Below, piece after piece: positions 1 to 14,402 of a stretch of 64,000 nt of DNA (positions within the stretch are counted from its first letter, which is position 1; every line of letters begins with the position of its first letter). Origin of the DNA: Azolla caroliniana (taxonomy: Eukaryota > Plantae > Polypodiophyta); contig JBHGNT010000008.1 in NCBI GenBank assembly GCA_043228905.1, forward strand, positions 18,538,001-18,602,000. The letters run 5' to 3'. Below the pieces are notes generated by a model that was not told the DNA's origin, made no database searches, and was given only the letters and a program-made list of their open reading frames with translations. A program made the position numbers and the translations under genes.

Positions 1-1619
1 GCTAAAACTAGGCCCATAGGTAGTTACTACCATCCTAGGTGGGGAAGAATCAACAATAAATCCATGCATATTTCGAACAACCACATCCAATAATAAAGAG
101 AAATTCTCCCTTCGTTTTCATGGAAAATTCCGTCAATTGGGTATCTATTTCAAATTCGTCCTAATATGTATGACCCATGACATAGTAACAAAGCTAAATG
201 TGTGCTTGTATTATTGTGAGAATAAAGTCCAAATTGGTCTTTAATTTAACATATTTCATTCTAATGGGGAGAGAGCGAGATAGAGATGGGGCAATGAAAC
301 TATCAAATATGTTTGACTATTGGGAAATACGATATCACAACAAAAAATCCAATTGAAAGAATCAAACTTCATGGAATAATACAGATCATTATGACTAAAT
401 ATATAAGGCATAAATAAGTCATAACCTTCACAAAACGTCTTTTTTATTTTATTAAAATAAGTCTATAGTTGTGGGCCAAAAGCAAAGTATTTCCTAAAGT
501 TTCTTGGGTGAAGTTTTTTGAAACATTCTTGAAAAGCAATTGCTCAGCATGCTTTCGAACCTCTATTTAAGTGGAGTTGCTTGATCTCATGTTTTAGCTT
601 GATGGTGGATGTTTTAGGATGGAGATCTAGTTCGATGTGCCAAATCAATGAGAAGTTGTGATGTGTTTCAAGATATATTTACCAATAACTAAACTAACGG
701 TGTGGTGGATTCAACATTTTTGTAAGAATGGCAAACTCACTTGCATATGATAGGATTTGTGTTTTCATTTATAATCATATTATTTCATGGATAAAAAAAA
801 AAACTACAATTGATATCTTAAGTTCATATTGGGACTATGTATGAATGTACATATTCACACACATTCTTATGCATGTGTTAATTATAAAGAATATTTCTAC
901 TAAAGATGCATAAACTGGTCTAGTTAAATAATAGTTAAGGAATACAAGCGTAACATCTTGAATGCTTGTATGGTGCTTCCCACACACGATAGCTTCTTGT
1001 GTAATTTCATGTATGAAAACGGATTTGATTAGAAACAAGAAATCTCCCAAACACTTAGTATTGTGTATGTGCAACCATAGTATTGCAAATAACATTGGCA
1101 ACTTGCTAACATGCTTGTATGGCCCATCTAGTATATTCAATAATTTGTTGTTTCAAACATGAAAAGGAATCTTGGGCGATCAATAAAAAGCCAAATGATG
1201 TGCATATGCTATTCAAGGAATGACTAAACAAATATAACTCCACCCCCCACTCCCCCTCCCACCCCCCAAACAACACATAGACACGAAAAAAAAAAAAACA
1301 AACATTGTGTCAAAAAGCTATTACAAGTGCAACCCATGGCTTTGGCACAAATAGCATACACGTGTGCCTCTTCGCAACCCTCCTCTCTTTCTACGTAGTG
1401 CGAAAGCATTATAAATAATGCTCTCGTTTATTCTAATATGATCAATAATATATACATATAAACTTATGATATTAATGCAAAATAGCAAGGGGGGTTATGT
1501 ATTATATTAACCCATAGCCAACAAGAGATGTGTGCTAGTACTAAAAAAGAAGAAGAAGAAGAGGAAATGCTCGATGGAGAGAGAATGAGAGATGGGGTCA
1601 CATATAGTAGTTTAGTATT

Positions 1620-2144
1620 TAACAATCGGCAATGGTTCGGGAGTGTCAAACTCAAACCATTTAAAAAAATTGAAACTTAAACCGAATCGAAGCGAACCAT
1701 GAAACCGTTTTAAAAATTTGAAACTTAAACTGAATTGAAGCGAACCATGAAACCGTTTAAATCTAACCATTACAAAAAGTTCAAGCTCAAACCAAACAGT
1801 TTTAGAGACTTTGAAACCTTTAAACCATTAAATCGTTAAAACCGCGGTTTTGCGGTTTGGTTTTGGTTTTGTTTTTCAAGTTAGGTCAAAATTCAAAATT
1901 TCACATTTTAATTTTAAAAATTTAAAGTTTTTCAATATTTCAAAATTAAAAATTTTTAAACCGTTTGAACCATGGTTTCAAACCATTTAAATTGAGAACC
2001 GTTAAACAGATAAAGGTTCGAACCAAACCAAACCGAAACCGAACCTTTTACAAAAACCTCAACCTAAACCGAACCGGACTGTCAAACCATGACATCGTGG
2101 TTTCGCAATTGGTTTGGTTCAAACCAAACCGTTGCCGATTGTTA
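1620..2144. mobile_element. Non-autonomous hAT-type MITE
   Basis: TIRs TAACAATCGGCAATGGTT (1620) and AACCGTTGCCGATTGTTA (ends 2144), with one mismatch. 8-bp TSD TTAGTATT/ATAGTATT. Many subterminal AAACCG/AAACCA motifs. No coding capacity. Confidence 0.8.
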
Positions 2145-2692
2145 ATAGTATTGATACGACTATGTGGTAGTAGTAGTAGTAGTCGTGACGAGGACGTGCA
2201 CACGATGCGGTAAGTTGTGCCCATCCACGAATCTCTTCTTTTCTTAGCTGTCAAAAAAAAAGGAACAAAAGTTGGTTACAAAAATCAACTCCACACAAAA
2301 CACTCCTTTTTTTTATTTCCTTCAATACACTTTATATTAGACTTTAGCAACTTACCAACAAGCCCTTTTCATTCATTTCTTCTCCAACACTTTAGTCTTC
2401 TTAGACTTGGCAACAACTCATATCAAAGGCTCTATCTCTTCTCTTACATTAATTTGGGCTTAACAACAAACTGATGAAAGAGCTTTCTTTTCATTCCTTA
2501 TGTGTTGTTGGTTTTTCTAAAGCTCTACTTAAAAAAAACCGAAAGCCTTTCTCTTTTTCATGTGCTTTTGTGTGATTCTCTCTATGTCTCCCTCCCCCCC
2601 TCTTGTTGATCCTCCCATCATCTATCAAATTTTAAGCTTGTTAAGTCTTCTCTAGAGTGCTTAATCATAAGCCAATATCATCACAATTGACC

Positions 2693-3652
2693 ATGCCAGA
2701 GGCCTTTAGCCCAATTGGCCAACTTCCCCTCCTCAAGAGAACAACCCAAAATGTGGTCATCTATTCATATGAGACCAAGCTTGGAGGATTATGGAGGCAT
2801 CTCACCATTGCTTGGGTTAAGACACTTAATGGGCATAGCCTTCATGTAGGGGTTGATGATCCATCATGCCAATATGCATGCAAAGTGAAGATGAATTCAT
2901 GGAAAAGCTTTTGGAACAAGCAAGGTATGAGGAGCTTTGAGGTGGGTACTAATCCTAGGAGCACTACTAGGGTGGACATTTATTGGGACTTCTCCCATCC
3001 TAAATATGTGTTTAATGGTCCGGAGCCGCAAGGCGGATACTTCGTGGGTATAGTGTGTAATGATGAGATGGTCCTTCTATTGGGTGATAAGAACAAGGAG
3101 GCATACAAGAGAACTCGGGCGCGTCCGCCGGTCAATGATGCCACTTTGCTATCCCGGAAAGAACACATCTTCGGTAAGAAGGCATTTTGCACCAAGGGTC
3201 GGATCGATGAGACCGACAAGACCTATGACATTGTGATCGAGTGTGAATTGTCCGAGGAGAACCTTCCGGAAGGGGGGACCCCCGGGTTGTCAATCGAGAT
3301 CGAGAAGCAACAGGTCATACACGTGAAGAACCTCGAATGGAAGTTCCGAGGCAATCAAACAGTGGTCGTGGACGGGGTTTCGATAGAAGTCTTCTGGGAT
3401 GTGCACAATTGGCTCTTTTGCAATTCCTCTCCTACAGGGATCGGAAGCGCGATCTTCATTTTCCAAAAGGCCGGGGCCTCGTCTGATAAGAACAAGTTCG
3501 ATCGGGCCGCTTCCGCTGCGAATTTGTGCGGAGGCCTCAATGGTAGCATCTCCCTTATGAAACTACCCAATGCGAGGAGCTTGAGAACTTCACGAGAGCT
3601 TCTTGGTGACCTCCACACCTCGCTTATGATCCATGCTTGGAGAACCCAGTAA
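2693..3652 (+). CDS. Plant DUF868-family protein, intronless, ~319 aa
   Basis: Open ORF from ATG 2693 (the ORF track starts at an upstream GTG, 2657). Typical DUF868 motifs: FWNKQG-RSF, VDIYWDFS, GPEPQGGYFVGIV, EMVLLLGD, SRKEHIFG, VKNLEWKFRGNQT, VFWDVHNWLF and C-terminal LMIHAWR. Confidence 0.92.
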   Translation: MPEAFSPIGQLPLLKRTTQNVVIYSYETKLGGLWRHLTIAWVKTLNGHSLHVGVDDPSCQYACKVKMNSWKSFWNKQGMRSFEVGTNPRSTTRVDIYWDFSHPKYVFNGPEPQGGYFVGIVCNDEMVLLLGDKNKEAYKRTRARPPVNDATLLSRKEHIFGKKAFCTKGRIDETDKTYDIVIECELSEENLPEGGTPGLSIEIEKQQVIHVKNLEWKFRGNQTVVVDGVSIEVFWDVHNWLFCNSSPTGIGSAIFIFQKAGASSDKNKFDRAASAANLCGGLNGSISLMKLPNARSLRTSRELLGDLHTSLMIHAWRTQ

Positions 3653-6600
3653 TTTACATGTATTGTGTATAGATAAATCCACTACACACACTAGTAGTTG
3701 TAGTAGCCTTTGGTATACACCCAAAGTATAATCAATCATTATGTGAATTACACCATGAAGGCACATGTTTTGCGCCAATGGGCACTATTATTTTTGGGTT
3801 GTGAGTTAAAGAGTATGAATCCCTATCTATCCACCATTCATTTGGATCATATCCCTAATCTTTTGGGACTCTCTTCATTTTTTTCCCAATAACCTCCATT
3901 TTATCCCCTCTTATAATTTCTCTCTTGATGCGGTGGTTGGGGGGGTGTGGGGGGAATATAGGAAGCCAACCTATGCATTCCTCAACCAAGTCAAAATGTA
4001 CAATATCGTTTGATTCTTTCATTCCCAACTCTAATGTGTTTAATTAGGACATGTTGGAGTTAAGGAATATTAATATATATATATATAACTCATGTTTGCT
4101 AAAGCCCGAGTCACTATACAAAGGAGTGCATTGGTACATACGATGTCTTGTGGAAAAGTCATTAACAATAGTTACATCGCAATGGAATGTTGTCATGGCC
4201 TAAGTTGGCCTCCTTCCATTGCAATGAGCAATATTTTAGTGTGCTTGGCCTCCTTCCCATTGCAATAAGCAATGTTTTGGTGTGCTTTTTGCCCCATTGG
4301 TTCATGTATATTTGTATTTCTATCTCATTCCATGTTGGTTTTAAAATGCTTCATCTTTTGGCTTGACTCATATAACTTGCCTACAAAGTGTGTGTACAAT
4401 GCAAGTTTTGAATGCCATTGTTTTTTGTTTTTCGGTGCATCATTACTTTCGTAACTACCTACGGATCTAGAGTATCTTGTTCATGCTAACGAAACTTGAG
4501 GTGATGCTTCGTAGATGTGGCATTTATACTGGAAATTCTAGTTAAAGTCATGTAACCTCACATTTATCTTAAGCATAAACATTTATTCGTGATATTTTAA
4601 GCACCGCCATGATTGTAGTAGCATGATGCATCTCAACAAGTCTTTAATATTTGCATTGCGTGGAAGAAACCCCATCCTCCTACTTTAGACTAGTAAAGAA
4701 AATTGGGTCTTTAGAGGAGAACTTCTACGCATAGGCCAAATAATGCTTGTGAAATCGAATCCTTGTTTGACTTGTAATTGTACTTAAGCATGTGGCAGAA
4801 GAGTTGTAGGCCGTTTTGAGCTAAAAAGCATCTAACTATTTTGTTGCCATTGTGAGTGGGCATCTATACTTGTCATTCTTATCCATGAGATATAATGGGA
4901 ATTCGTGCCAAATGTATTTTGAGATCGGTATGCAAGAGTATAGCAAGTGACCTTGAACTCTACTTTGTCCAATGTGTACATGCCAACTATCATGATATGG
5001 TTTATTGTAATATCCTTCGAAGTCTCTGCAACTTGCCCAATTGTTGTTTTTTCCATAGCTTTTTTCATTGTGGTGTTGCATATTCATAAGAGTGGAGATC
5101 CCCATCAAATGGATCAAATCTTTGTATGATGTAAGGACAACCAAGTTATGTAGAATTTTCATTTCTTCTTTATAAGCACTAGCAATAATTTGTTTGCCAT
5201 GGTTGAGAAGTACAATTATTGCCTTTTCTTTGCATCAAAATCGGAGTATTGATTTAGTTTTATTTTATCTCATTAGGATATAACTTTGCACTCTCTAATA
5301 TTGAAAATCTCCTCTATGTTGGTTACTTTCAATGATTTGACGCACATGTTCCTCTTTGGCTTCAATATGACCTTTACATTGCTAGTAGCTACATGGACTT
5401 ATCGTTAAATTACTTGAATAGGGCCAAGATTCCCTTTAAGTGCTACGCATAAATGTTTAATACATGACCATCATGGTTATTTTGCATTGTATTGTTCAAT
5501 GATATAGGCGAAGTTTGTTAGTTACAATCAACATCCATACTTCCGTTTTATTTTCACACAATAAATTCACACAACAATCTTGAAGGGATTTATGTATAGT
5601 AATCACAACCTTCATTTTTAGACAACAACTTTGATATTGCCTTGTCAATTTGTTATCATTCTTGTTGTCAATGAGAAAATGTCATTCCAATGTAGCGGGT
5701 TTCATCATTATGAAGACCTTCATGCAAATATGATCATGGAGCCATAAAGAGCATACAAAAACCATGTAGCTAATGTGCAAGTGAAAGGACTTTTAAGGGA
5801 ACCTTTAGTATGCACTTTGCTATGAGTTTTGTGTACATGTTCCATGTTTGATGTAGATAGAATACTTGATGAGCCCATGAGGAAGAAAAATGACCCAAGA
5901 GACACATTTTCTATATGTATCTCAAAGCGACATGTCATTGCAAAGGAACCTTTGCCTAAGTAGTGCTTTCTCTAGTTGTGTGATTTCTAAACTCAATGAT
6001 GTTAGTCCAAGGTAGCTCTCAAACATGAGAATTTGAGATTGTATATGCAAGCTATGTTAGGCCCCATTGTCTTGAAACTTCATCTTGAGCACATGTATTT
6101 TCTCCCTTATAGAAATAATATTAGTGCATGTATATGTAGTATTTACATCTGTCAATGTACTTTTAATAAGGCGAATATAACGTATTAAGGATCTAACGTT
6201 GAGGACATTAAGAATCTCTAAATTGGGATAGGTTACGATTGAGTAAATGTCTAAGTTAGTAGAACTCACATAATACTAGCTTTATTGGTTGCGATTGAGT
6301 AAATGTCTTGTGAGTAAATCCATTGGTTATTTGCACTTGATTAAGTGTGTATGCTCCTCTATATATTGACCATTTTAATAAAAATGTGTTGACCCGAGGT
6401 TAGCCCTAATGGGATCACCAAAAGTTGTGTATGATGTTTAGTAATTATCCTTTTCTTGGTGATGAGCAAAATGATGTCGAACATGGAGTACAATAGTCAT
6501 GATGAAATGCAAAGTGCAATGTAGAAATAATGGAGTTAGTTCAATATAATTATGTGGCATATTCTTTACTAATGAATTAGTTATCCTCCAAAATTAGTTG

Positions 6601-6897
6601 GATCATGATACATGCCATATAATCATTCTATGAATTTTATAAATCAGAATTGTAGGGTCGTAGACGCTTTATAGCATTTTGGAAGTAAGTTCGCACAATT
6701 AAGTACGGTCATGGATATACATGGGAAAAGGAACTCACTTACTTTTATTCTCAACCCAATCGTTAACTTTATTACGATCCTAAAATAAAGCAAGCATACA
6801 CCTATTGAAGGGGGAAACCCAATGTTCTCTTCATTAAAGTATTATATCCAAACGTTATGCTAGCATACAAAGCATGATGTCATTACTAATCTCTCTC

Positions 6898-9260
6898 TTT
6901 TTTTGGGGTAGAAGCACACAATTATATTAATTATATGTAGAATCCACTTGTTACAACACTTCTTAGTCTCCTCTACCTATCTATCCTATCTATGTAGGGA
7001 GAGAGACGTCCTGTAACGCCACTAGAAAACTTGAATATGCATTTGACGCAATGATGCTCACATGCTTTAGCATCCAAAAATTCCACATAAGAATACCTTT
7101 CAAATTTTTCATATAGGATTTCACCCCATGTCTACCATCAAACATGAAAGCATTGTGCATATTCCAATTGTGCTGTAGTTCCCAATATTGTAAAAATTGG
7201 AACAATATCTCCATCTCGTCAATTGGACCATTTTGAACGTTGTAAAACCCATTGTTGAGGTCTCAAATAACAACGGGTTAAAACTTGCCAAACATCTTAT
7301 CAGTAATTTCAAATGATACATACTATAGGACATTTAATGAACCTATGTGTATTATCCTCCAACGAAATGGTGTAAAAGAACAAGTGCCTAACCCTAGTCC
7401 TTGTCTCTTTAAGGTTGAACATGATGGGAGCCACCAATCATGACTCTCCATATGAATACCTTTGCACGAAATGGAAAATGGGAATTCCAACCATGTTGTA
7501 ATATTTGGCACCACCTTGCGTTTGACTTACATTCCATACATTTTTTGTTCTAGGAGATAGCCAAGCTAGTGATGCCATTGCATGATGATACAATATATTT
7601 TTCGTGACCTATAACAAGCGTGTACCATTCTGTAATCACTAATCCATCCATGTTGCAACATTTGTGTATTGTCCTCCAACGGAATGTTGCAAAAGAAACA
7701 AGTGTTTGACCCTAGTCTTCGTCTCTTTAAGGCTGAACCTAATGGGAGCTCACCAATCATGACTATTCATATGAATACCTTTGCACGAAATGGCAAATGG
7801 GAATACCAACTATGTTGTAATATTTGCCACCACCTTGCATTCGACTTACGTACATTCCATACCTTGTCTGTTGTAGGAGATAACCAAGCTAGTGATGCCA
7901 TCGCATGATGATACAATGTATTTGTAGTGACCTGTAACAAGGGTGTACCATCTTGTAACTGCCAATCCACCCAAGGTGCAACATTTGTTTTCAATGGCAA
8001 CGATCCATGCAACAATGGTATATCTTGTAATTTCTCCCAAATAAATTTGTAATTTGGAGGAATACATAACCATCTTTTGGCATCTTCAAATTCCGACAAC
8101 CTTTGAGATTCATTATCAACCATATCTCCCAAATGTACAACCCCCAATCAAAATAAACGATTGAATTGAGATCTCAATTTCTCTTTTCCATGCCAAAACA
8201 ACACACGATTAGAAACAAGCAATTCATTTTGTAACAAATTACAAAATTCTCAATCACTTGATGGTGCCCACTCAAAAAAAGATAATGCATCTTGCCATGA
8301 TCTTACCAATTGTTGTCCACATATAGAATGTTGAAGCTTTAGAGGAATACATCCATTGAGTAATGGCCACCACGATGCTTTAATCTTTGTTTCCCCATGT
8401 ACCAATCCATCGTGCTCAATAAAATATTACATCATAGATATCCATGGTTGATCTTGTTGACACATATCTCGTAATAATGAAGATCTACGAGCCATTAAAT
8501 GCATTTCCAAATCCAATATTGTTGCACGTGACCACCTAATCATTTAGGAGTAGCCAAATGGTCCCATGAAATCCATGTAACTCCCATTGTTTCTCTCTTC
8601 AACCACAACATGAACCGAAGAGGTTCGAATAATATTTGTAATGCCTTCTTAGTCCAAGGAAGTAATGATAAAAAATATAATACCATGGGTATCAAGATAC
8701 ATTCCACCACTTTAAGACATACATAAAAGGGCCATAATTGAGACTTCCAATACATTAATTTGTCGTTCAATTTACTACCAATCTAGTCAATTAGTTGAAC
8801 ATTTGCAACATTAACACCCAATGGATACCCCAAATTCCAATAAACTGATCCTCGTGTAATCACTGACCCTCACCATCCCAAACTATATGCAACCTTAATG
8901 CCAAGGCAAATTGATCCCAAACTTGCATACTCCTTTCAAGATTTTCTTTTGAAGCTTGTAAAAACATAAAAGAATCATAAGCCAATGCTTGTGACACCAA
9001 TTGTCCACCAAAAGGATGATACAAACCCACAATATCACCACTGGTTGTAGGAATTGACAACATTACTAACAAAGGATGTGTAACAATAGCAAATAACAAT
9101 GGACTTAGTGGACATCCTTGTCGCAAGGATCTAGTAAGAAAAAATTTCAAAGTAACTCCATTAAGCATCACATGATATGTTGCATTTTGCCCTAGCAAAA
9201 AGATAAGTCGACACATATGAGGACCAAACCCCATATTATACATCATGTCTGTGAGAAAAG
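6898..9260 (-). mobile_element. Degenerate 5'-truncated L1/Tx1-like LINE (ORF2 RT to zf-RVT), with an internal ~300-bp duplicated segment
   Basis: ORF 8860-9246 has the RT motifs RSLRQGCPLSPLLF and ALAYDS (degenerate ADD). Downstream fragments read WISWDHLATPK, HLPFRAKVFI and CFFCNIPLED. A short T-run at 6898-6904 would be the poly(A) tail. The 5' boundary is approximate. Confidence 0.8.
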
Positions 9261-9381
9261 ACGTGTCTAATGGAAGGAGAGCAAGTTAGCATCTCCCTAA
9301 ATAAGGGCAAGAAAAGCTCTCAAGCTTTCCAATTCAACACGTTAAGGGTATCCTTACCCTTCTGAAGGTAGGATCTTAATC

Positions 9382-9384
<3 letters not shown>

Positions 9385-9452
<68 letters not shown>
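9385..9452. repeat. (TC)n microsatellite, ~34 units
   Basis: Perfect dinucleotide run abutting the 3' end of the second LINE copy. Confidence 0.98.
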
Positions 9453-9455
<3 letters not shown>

Positions 9456-10833
9456 AAAAACACACAATTATATTAATAAATATGTGTAAAAAACACTACT
9501 TATAGTGGGTGTGACATTGGAGTATGGTCACCCACTAACTACACTACATGGGTAGTGGAACATGTTGAATTGCCAATAGGCAAGACGAACACTCCACTGA
9601 GGAAAGAATTTCCACTTGCTCAAATAAAGAAAATTTCTACATTAGTACTCCAACTTTCGTAGATATGCTTTCACTCTATGTCTACCATCGAATACAAAAG
9701 CATTGCGCATGTTCCAATTATGACACAATCCCCAATATCTCAGAAATAGAAAAATGATCTCCATCTTTGATTTTGGGTCAACCTGTGTAAATTGTGCAAA
9801 CACCCACTATCTAGGTGTCAAATAACACTGTGATAAAACTTGCCAAATTTGAGAAATGTAACTCCAAATCTAACAAGCAATCAGACATTATATAAATCGA
9901 TGAGTACTATCTTCCATTTGAACAGTGCAAAAAAAGCAATTACCCGTTGCTAGTCCATGACGCTTTAGAGCTAATCCCAAAGGAAATCCTCCAATCAAAA
10001 CTCTCCAAATGAATACCTTTGTTACAAGTGGCAATTTAGAATGCCAACTACGTTGTAAGATCTGCCATCACCCATGATCAAATTTGTGTATTTTCTATTC
10101 TTTCTTCAGCCTTAGATGATAGCCATCCAAGAGACTCAACAGAGCAATGATACAAAATATTAGTAGTCACTTGTAACAATGATGTTTGACCCTGTAAACA
10201 CCAATCAATCCATGGTTGTTCTCTTGTTTGTAGAGGTAAGGGACCTTGCATCAATGCAATATTTTGTAGTTGTTGCCAAATAAACCCATAATTAGGCCGG
10301 ATGCATAATAATTGTCGCGCGTCAACAAACTCCAAAATTCTTTGAGATGGAGCCTCAACTATATCTCCCACCTCTTTGACCCCCAAACGAAACAAACGAT
10401 TAAATTGAGAGCGCAATCTCTCCTTTCTTGGCCAACATAATAACCGAGAAGACACAAATAACTCTTTTGCAAAGAATTACAATGCTCTCTACTAGATGAT
10501 GGTTTCCATACACATAACAAGTGCTTCTTGCCACGAAGTAACCAAGTGTTGAACACATGAAGAGCCCGGAATCCTAAGTGAAATATATCCATTTAGTAAT
10601 TGCCACCATGAAGCCTTAATCGTTGTCCTCCCATGTGTTAAACCCTTGTTCTCAATGAAATATTGAACAATCGATATCCATTGTTGTGAGTTTGAACACA
10701 TGTCTTGTAATAATGAAAATCTATGAGCCATCATATACATAGATAAGTTCAATATTCCAGCTCCCCCCCAAGCGCTTAGGGGTTGCTAGATGATTCCATG
10801 CAACCCAAGTGATTCCCATCTTATCCATCTTGT

Positions 10834-10837
<4 letters not shown>
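9453..10837 (-). mobile_element. Second 5'-truncated copy of the same L1/Tx1-like LINE family
   Basis: ORFs 10078-10455 and 10492-10752 are homologous to 7767-8500 (e.g. GVKEVGDIVE vs GVVHLGDMVD; LLQVTTNILYH vs LLQVTTNTLYH). It shares the 3' end motif CACACAATTATATTAA with 6915 and is flanked by (TC)n on both sides. Confidence 0.8.

Positions 10838-10881
<44 letters not shown>
10838..10881. repeat. (TC)n microsatellite, ~22 units
   Basis: Perfect dinucleotide run at the 5' truncation point of the LINE. Confidence 0.98.
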
Positions 10882-10884
<3 letters not shown>

Positions 10885-11318
10885 AAGGCCTATTGATCAT
10901 ATTCAAGTTTACCTCATTACTAACATGAGTATTAACTCTTGTAGAGCTCTAACACTCCTTTGCACTTGATCACACAATCTATGTATTGAAGTTGCATTCT
11001 GGAATCAAAATTAGCCAAATATAAATGCATGTAAGGTGTGCAAGGAAGGGCTAGTAGAGGATGAATATCACTTGCTTTTTGCATGCTCTACATATAGTGT
11101 AGTTCGTGAAAGCTATAATGATATATTAAGAGTGAGTGATGACTTGAGTGTCACACTAAAATGAACACCTAAAAGGTTGAGCTCATATGTGTATGCCTTA
11201 TTCACACATCTAGATTTGGTGCTTCAAAGTATGAATATCCTTTCTTAGGAAAGAGACACATCAATATAACTTTTATACTGAAGTCCCATGGGTCAATATT
11301 GGCCTCTCTATGGATGCT
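10882..11318 (+). mobile_element. 3' fragment of an RTE-X-like LINE (C-terminal zinc-finger region and 3' UTR)
   Basis: Manual translation of ~10940-11130 gives RALTLLCT*SHNLCIEVAFWNQN*PNINACKVCKEGLVEDEYHLLFACSTYSVVRESY. This matches the SHxLxIE...CxxC...VEDExH...C..Y C-terminal motif of RTE-X-type ORF2 and is followed by a (TAAA)n tail. The clade call is tentative. Confidence 0.65.
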
Positions 11319-11876
<558 letters not shown>

Positions 11877-13955
11877 CTCATCGATAACTCTACTTCTATA
11901 GTAGTGCTATTGTTTTCAACGAATTGGTTGAGGAACTAAATTCACAAAGCGGATTTTTAAAGAGCCAAGGCTAGTGTACATAATCTCAAACAAAAAAAGT
12001 TGAAAGTGACTTCTTTCTATAGTCATTCTCTTACAAACAAATGGTTAAATTATGACGAAATGAAACACGATGGCTTTATAGTACAAAATCAACACTTTAG
12101 ATGCAATTTGTAGTTTTGAATACAAATTGCATTGTTTATACGAACCTCCTACTTCTATCAGCTCATGGATGCTAGATGAACAAGCAATACCTCAATGTCT
12201 TAAGTTTTAGACGTTAATAAATGCATTATACCTACCTTTGTCTAGCACACATATGGTTCTCAACCGTCACTCAACCCATGTCTTTCTGTGGATAGATAAA
12301 TACTAGGAGATATACATTGAGTGTGATCTTCACCCACGTTATATGAAGATCTCCATGTGTTTACTTTGTTTTTGAACCCAAACGGTTGGAGTGAGGAAAG
12401 ACTAGGGCCACAATTAAAGTAAGGCATTCCCTTTTGCCGTGTATAATGCAAACCATAACTTTAGTCACATGATATTTATTCCTAGAAAAGTATAAAGTAA
12501 AAGTTCTCAATGTTACAACCTATCACAAGATTATACATAGAAGGCTTAAATATGTTTCATTATATTTTCATAGTCATGTACATAAAAAAACATCACTAGC
12601 CACATGAATGATATGTATAATTAGATGGTTGTTGAGTAAAAATAGATCATGAAATTATAAAATAAAAATCAATTATACTCCTATGTCAAGCAATAATTAT
12701 AAATGGTTGCATTCTCAACGCATCTCTTAGTAAGCATTACTCTATGTTTTGAAAATTTTGGTTTGAAACATATTTGTAAGACCTTCTCCAAGTATGACTT
12801 TACTTTTTATTATAAAGAAGCAAAATGTTGTAAAATTAGTTGAGTTTTTATCAAACATTATTTTAATTCATAATTTACCACAAAGAATAGATAGTGCACC
12901 ATGGTATGCATGCATATCTTTGTTTAGTTATCATAATGTTGAAGTTTAAAGTGATATGTTTATGTTGTATTGATTACAACTAGTTCTATTCTATGAATTA
13001 GGAGCCAACCAATTAACATCCACACTCTCTTAGAGCATTATACGACACGAGACTTGTTGTGATTACTATTGGTGATAAATTGAATACTCTATAAACTAAT
13101 TTCTTAATAAATGTAAAAAAACGAAATGATCCTTATTGCTTTATATTTTTAATAGTTTAGAAGTGTCATTCTTCGACTTTGTCAATGTGTTTAACTACCA
13201 TGAAGATAAGGGGGTCCAAATCTATGAGTCACAAATTTTGTATAATTGTACAAAAGGTGAGTTAGAAGCTTATGTTCCCCCCTTTATAGGGAGTTTCCTT
13301 CTATTGGAGGCATACAAGTGAAATTTGACACTTTGCAAATTCCACAATATCTCAACTATGTTGGCTAGGACCATTATGCGATTCTCAAACTTCTTGACTG
13401 TAACTAATTTGTCTAGGACAATCATCTCTTTTTTCAACCATAACCTATTGGCCTCACTCGACGTTGGCTAACTTGGCTAGTACCATTTTCTAATTTTCAA
13501 ACCACTCGTATTTGAATATCTTACAAGTGTCAATAGAGCGATTATTAGCCCAACATGTCATGACCATTACCACTAGAGGTGTTAACCTATTGTCTTATGA
13601 CCTTGGCAATGGTTTGATCAAGGCTTGCATACATGAATTAAAAACAAAAACTCCTTCTAATTCTTTGTTAGTCTTCATCGCTAATATTCCAATGAATGAT
13701 GATTATATATGTCATGCTATTGACCATGTTGATTGCTGGAAACTAAAAGAGGAAAGAAATTCATAGAGCTTTGGCATCAAAGGAAAATTATGATAGTGAC
13801 TTTAATGTGTTAAGTACCCACTGCACAATTCACTCCCACACCTTTCGATGGTATTGACATTTGTCCAACATGTCAATCTACAATACATAAAGAGAGAGAA
13901 TAGCAATAGGTGTAGAAAGTAAAGTTTGTCACCCTTTGCAATGTCTCTTGGCAAC

Positions 13956-14402
13956 TGTGAAAGCGTATGTGCGGAAGCGTACGACAACAGCTTGGCTGCG
14001 TAGCAGCAGAGAGAGAGATAGAGAATAGTACACAGAATACAGAGAGTACTCGGGAGAGAGAGAGAGAGAGAGCAGAACGTTCAAATCTCTTACAAAACAA
14101 TAATAGTTCTCTATACATGAAATGTGCTCAACATCACTATTTATACAAGTCCTGAGAGAACTAACAGAAGTACCGCGTACTTCAATGCTCACTCGAGCGT
14201 TTGGCACTGACTACGAGACTATTAACTCCCTAGTAGTCTAGCTGCTACTAGGCTTCCGGTTATTGATGGATCCGGCTAACCGGCTCCCCAGCTCACCGGC
14301 TCACTTGCTCACCAAGTCACCGATCCGGCTCATCCTTCCGGATGCCGATCTGGCTCAGGCTTATTCAGCCGATCCGGATCCGGTTGAGGTTGCCGCACAA
14401 CA
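13956..14402 (-). repeat. 3' LTR of copia A
   Basis: TGTGAAAG...CAACA, homologous to 29323-29785. The adjacent CTCCCCCTCAAG is the minus-strand PPT. Confidence 0.92.

Noticed and set aside
4450-6800. Possible decayed transposase or gene (a CIKH motif near 5450 on the minus strand)
   Set aside because: No continuous frame or recognisable domain could be established by eye.
12900-13955. Possible decayed coding sequence flanking copia A (also 29786-30450)
   Set aside because: Only short ORFs with no recognisable motifs.
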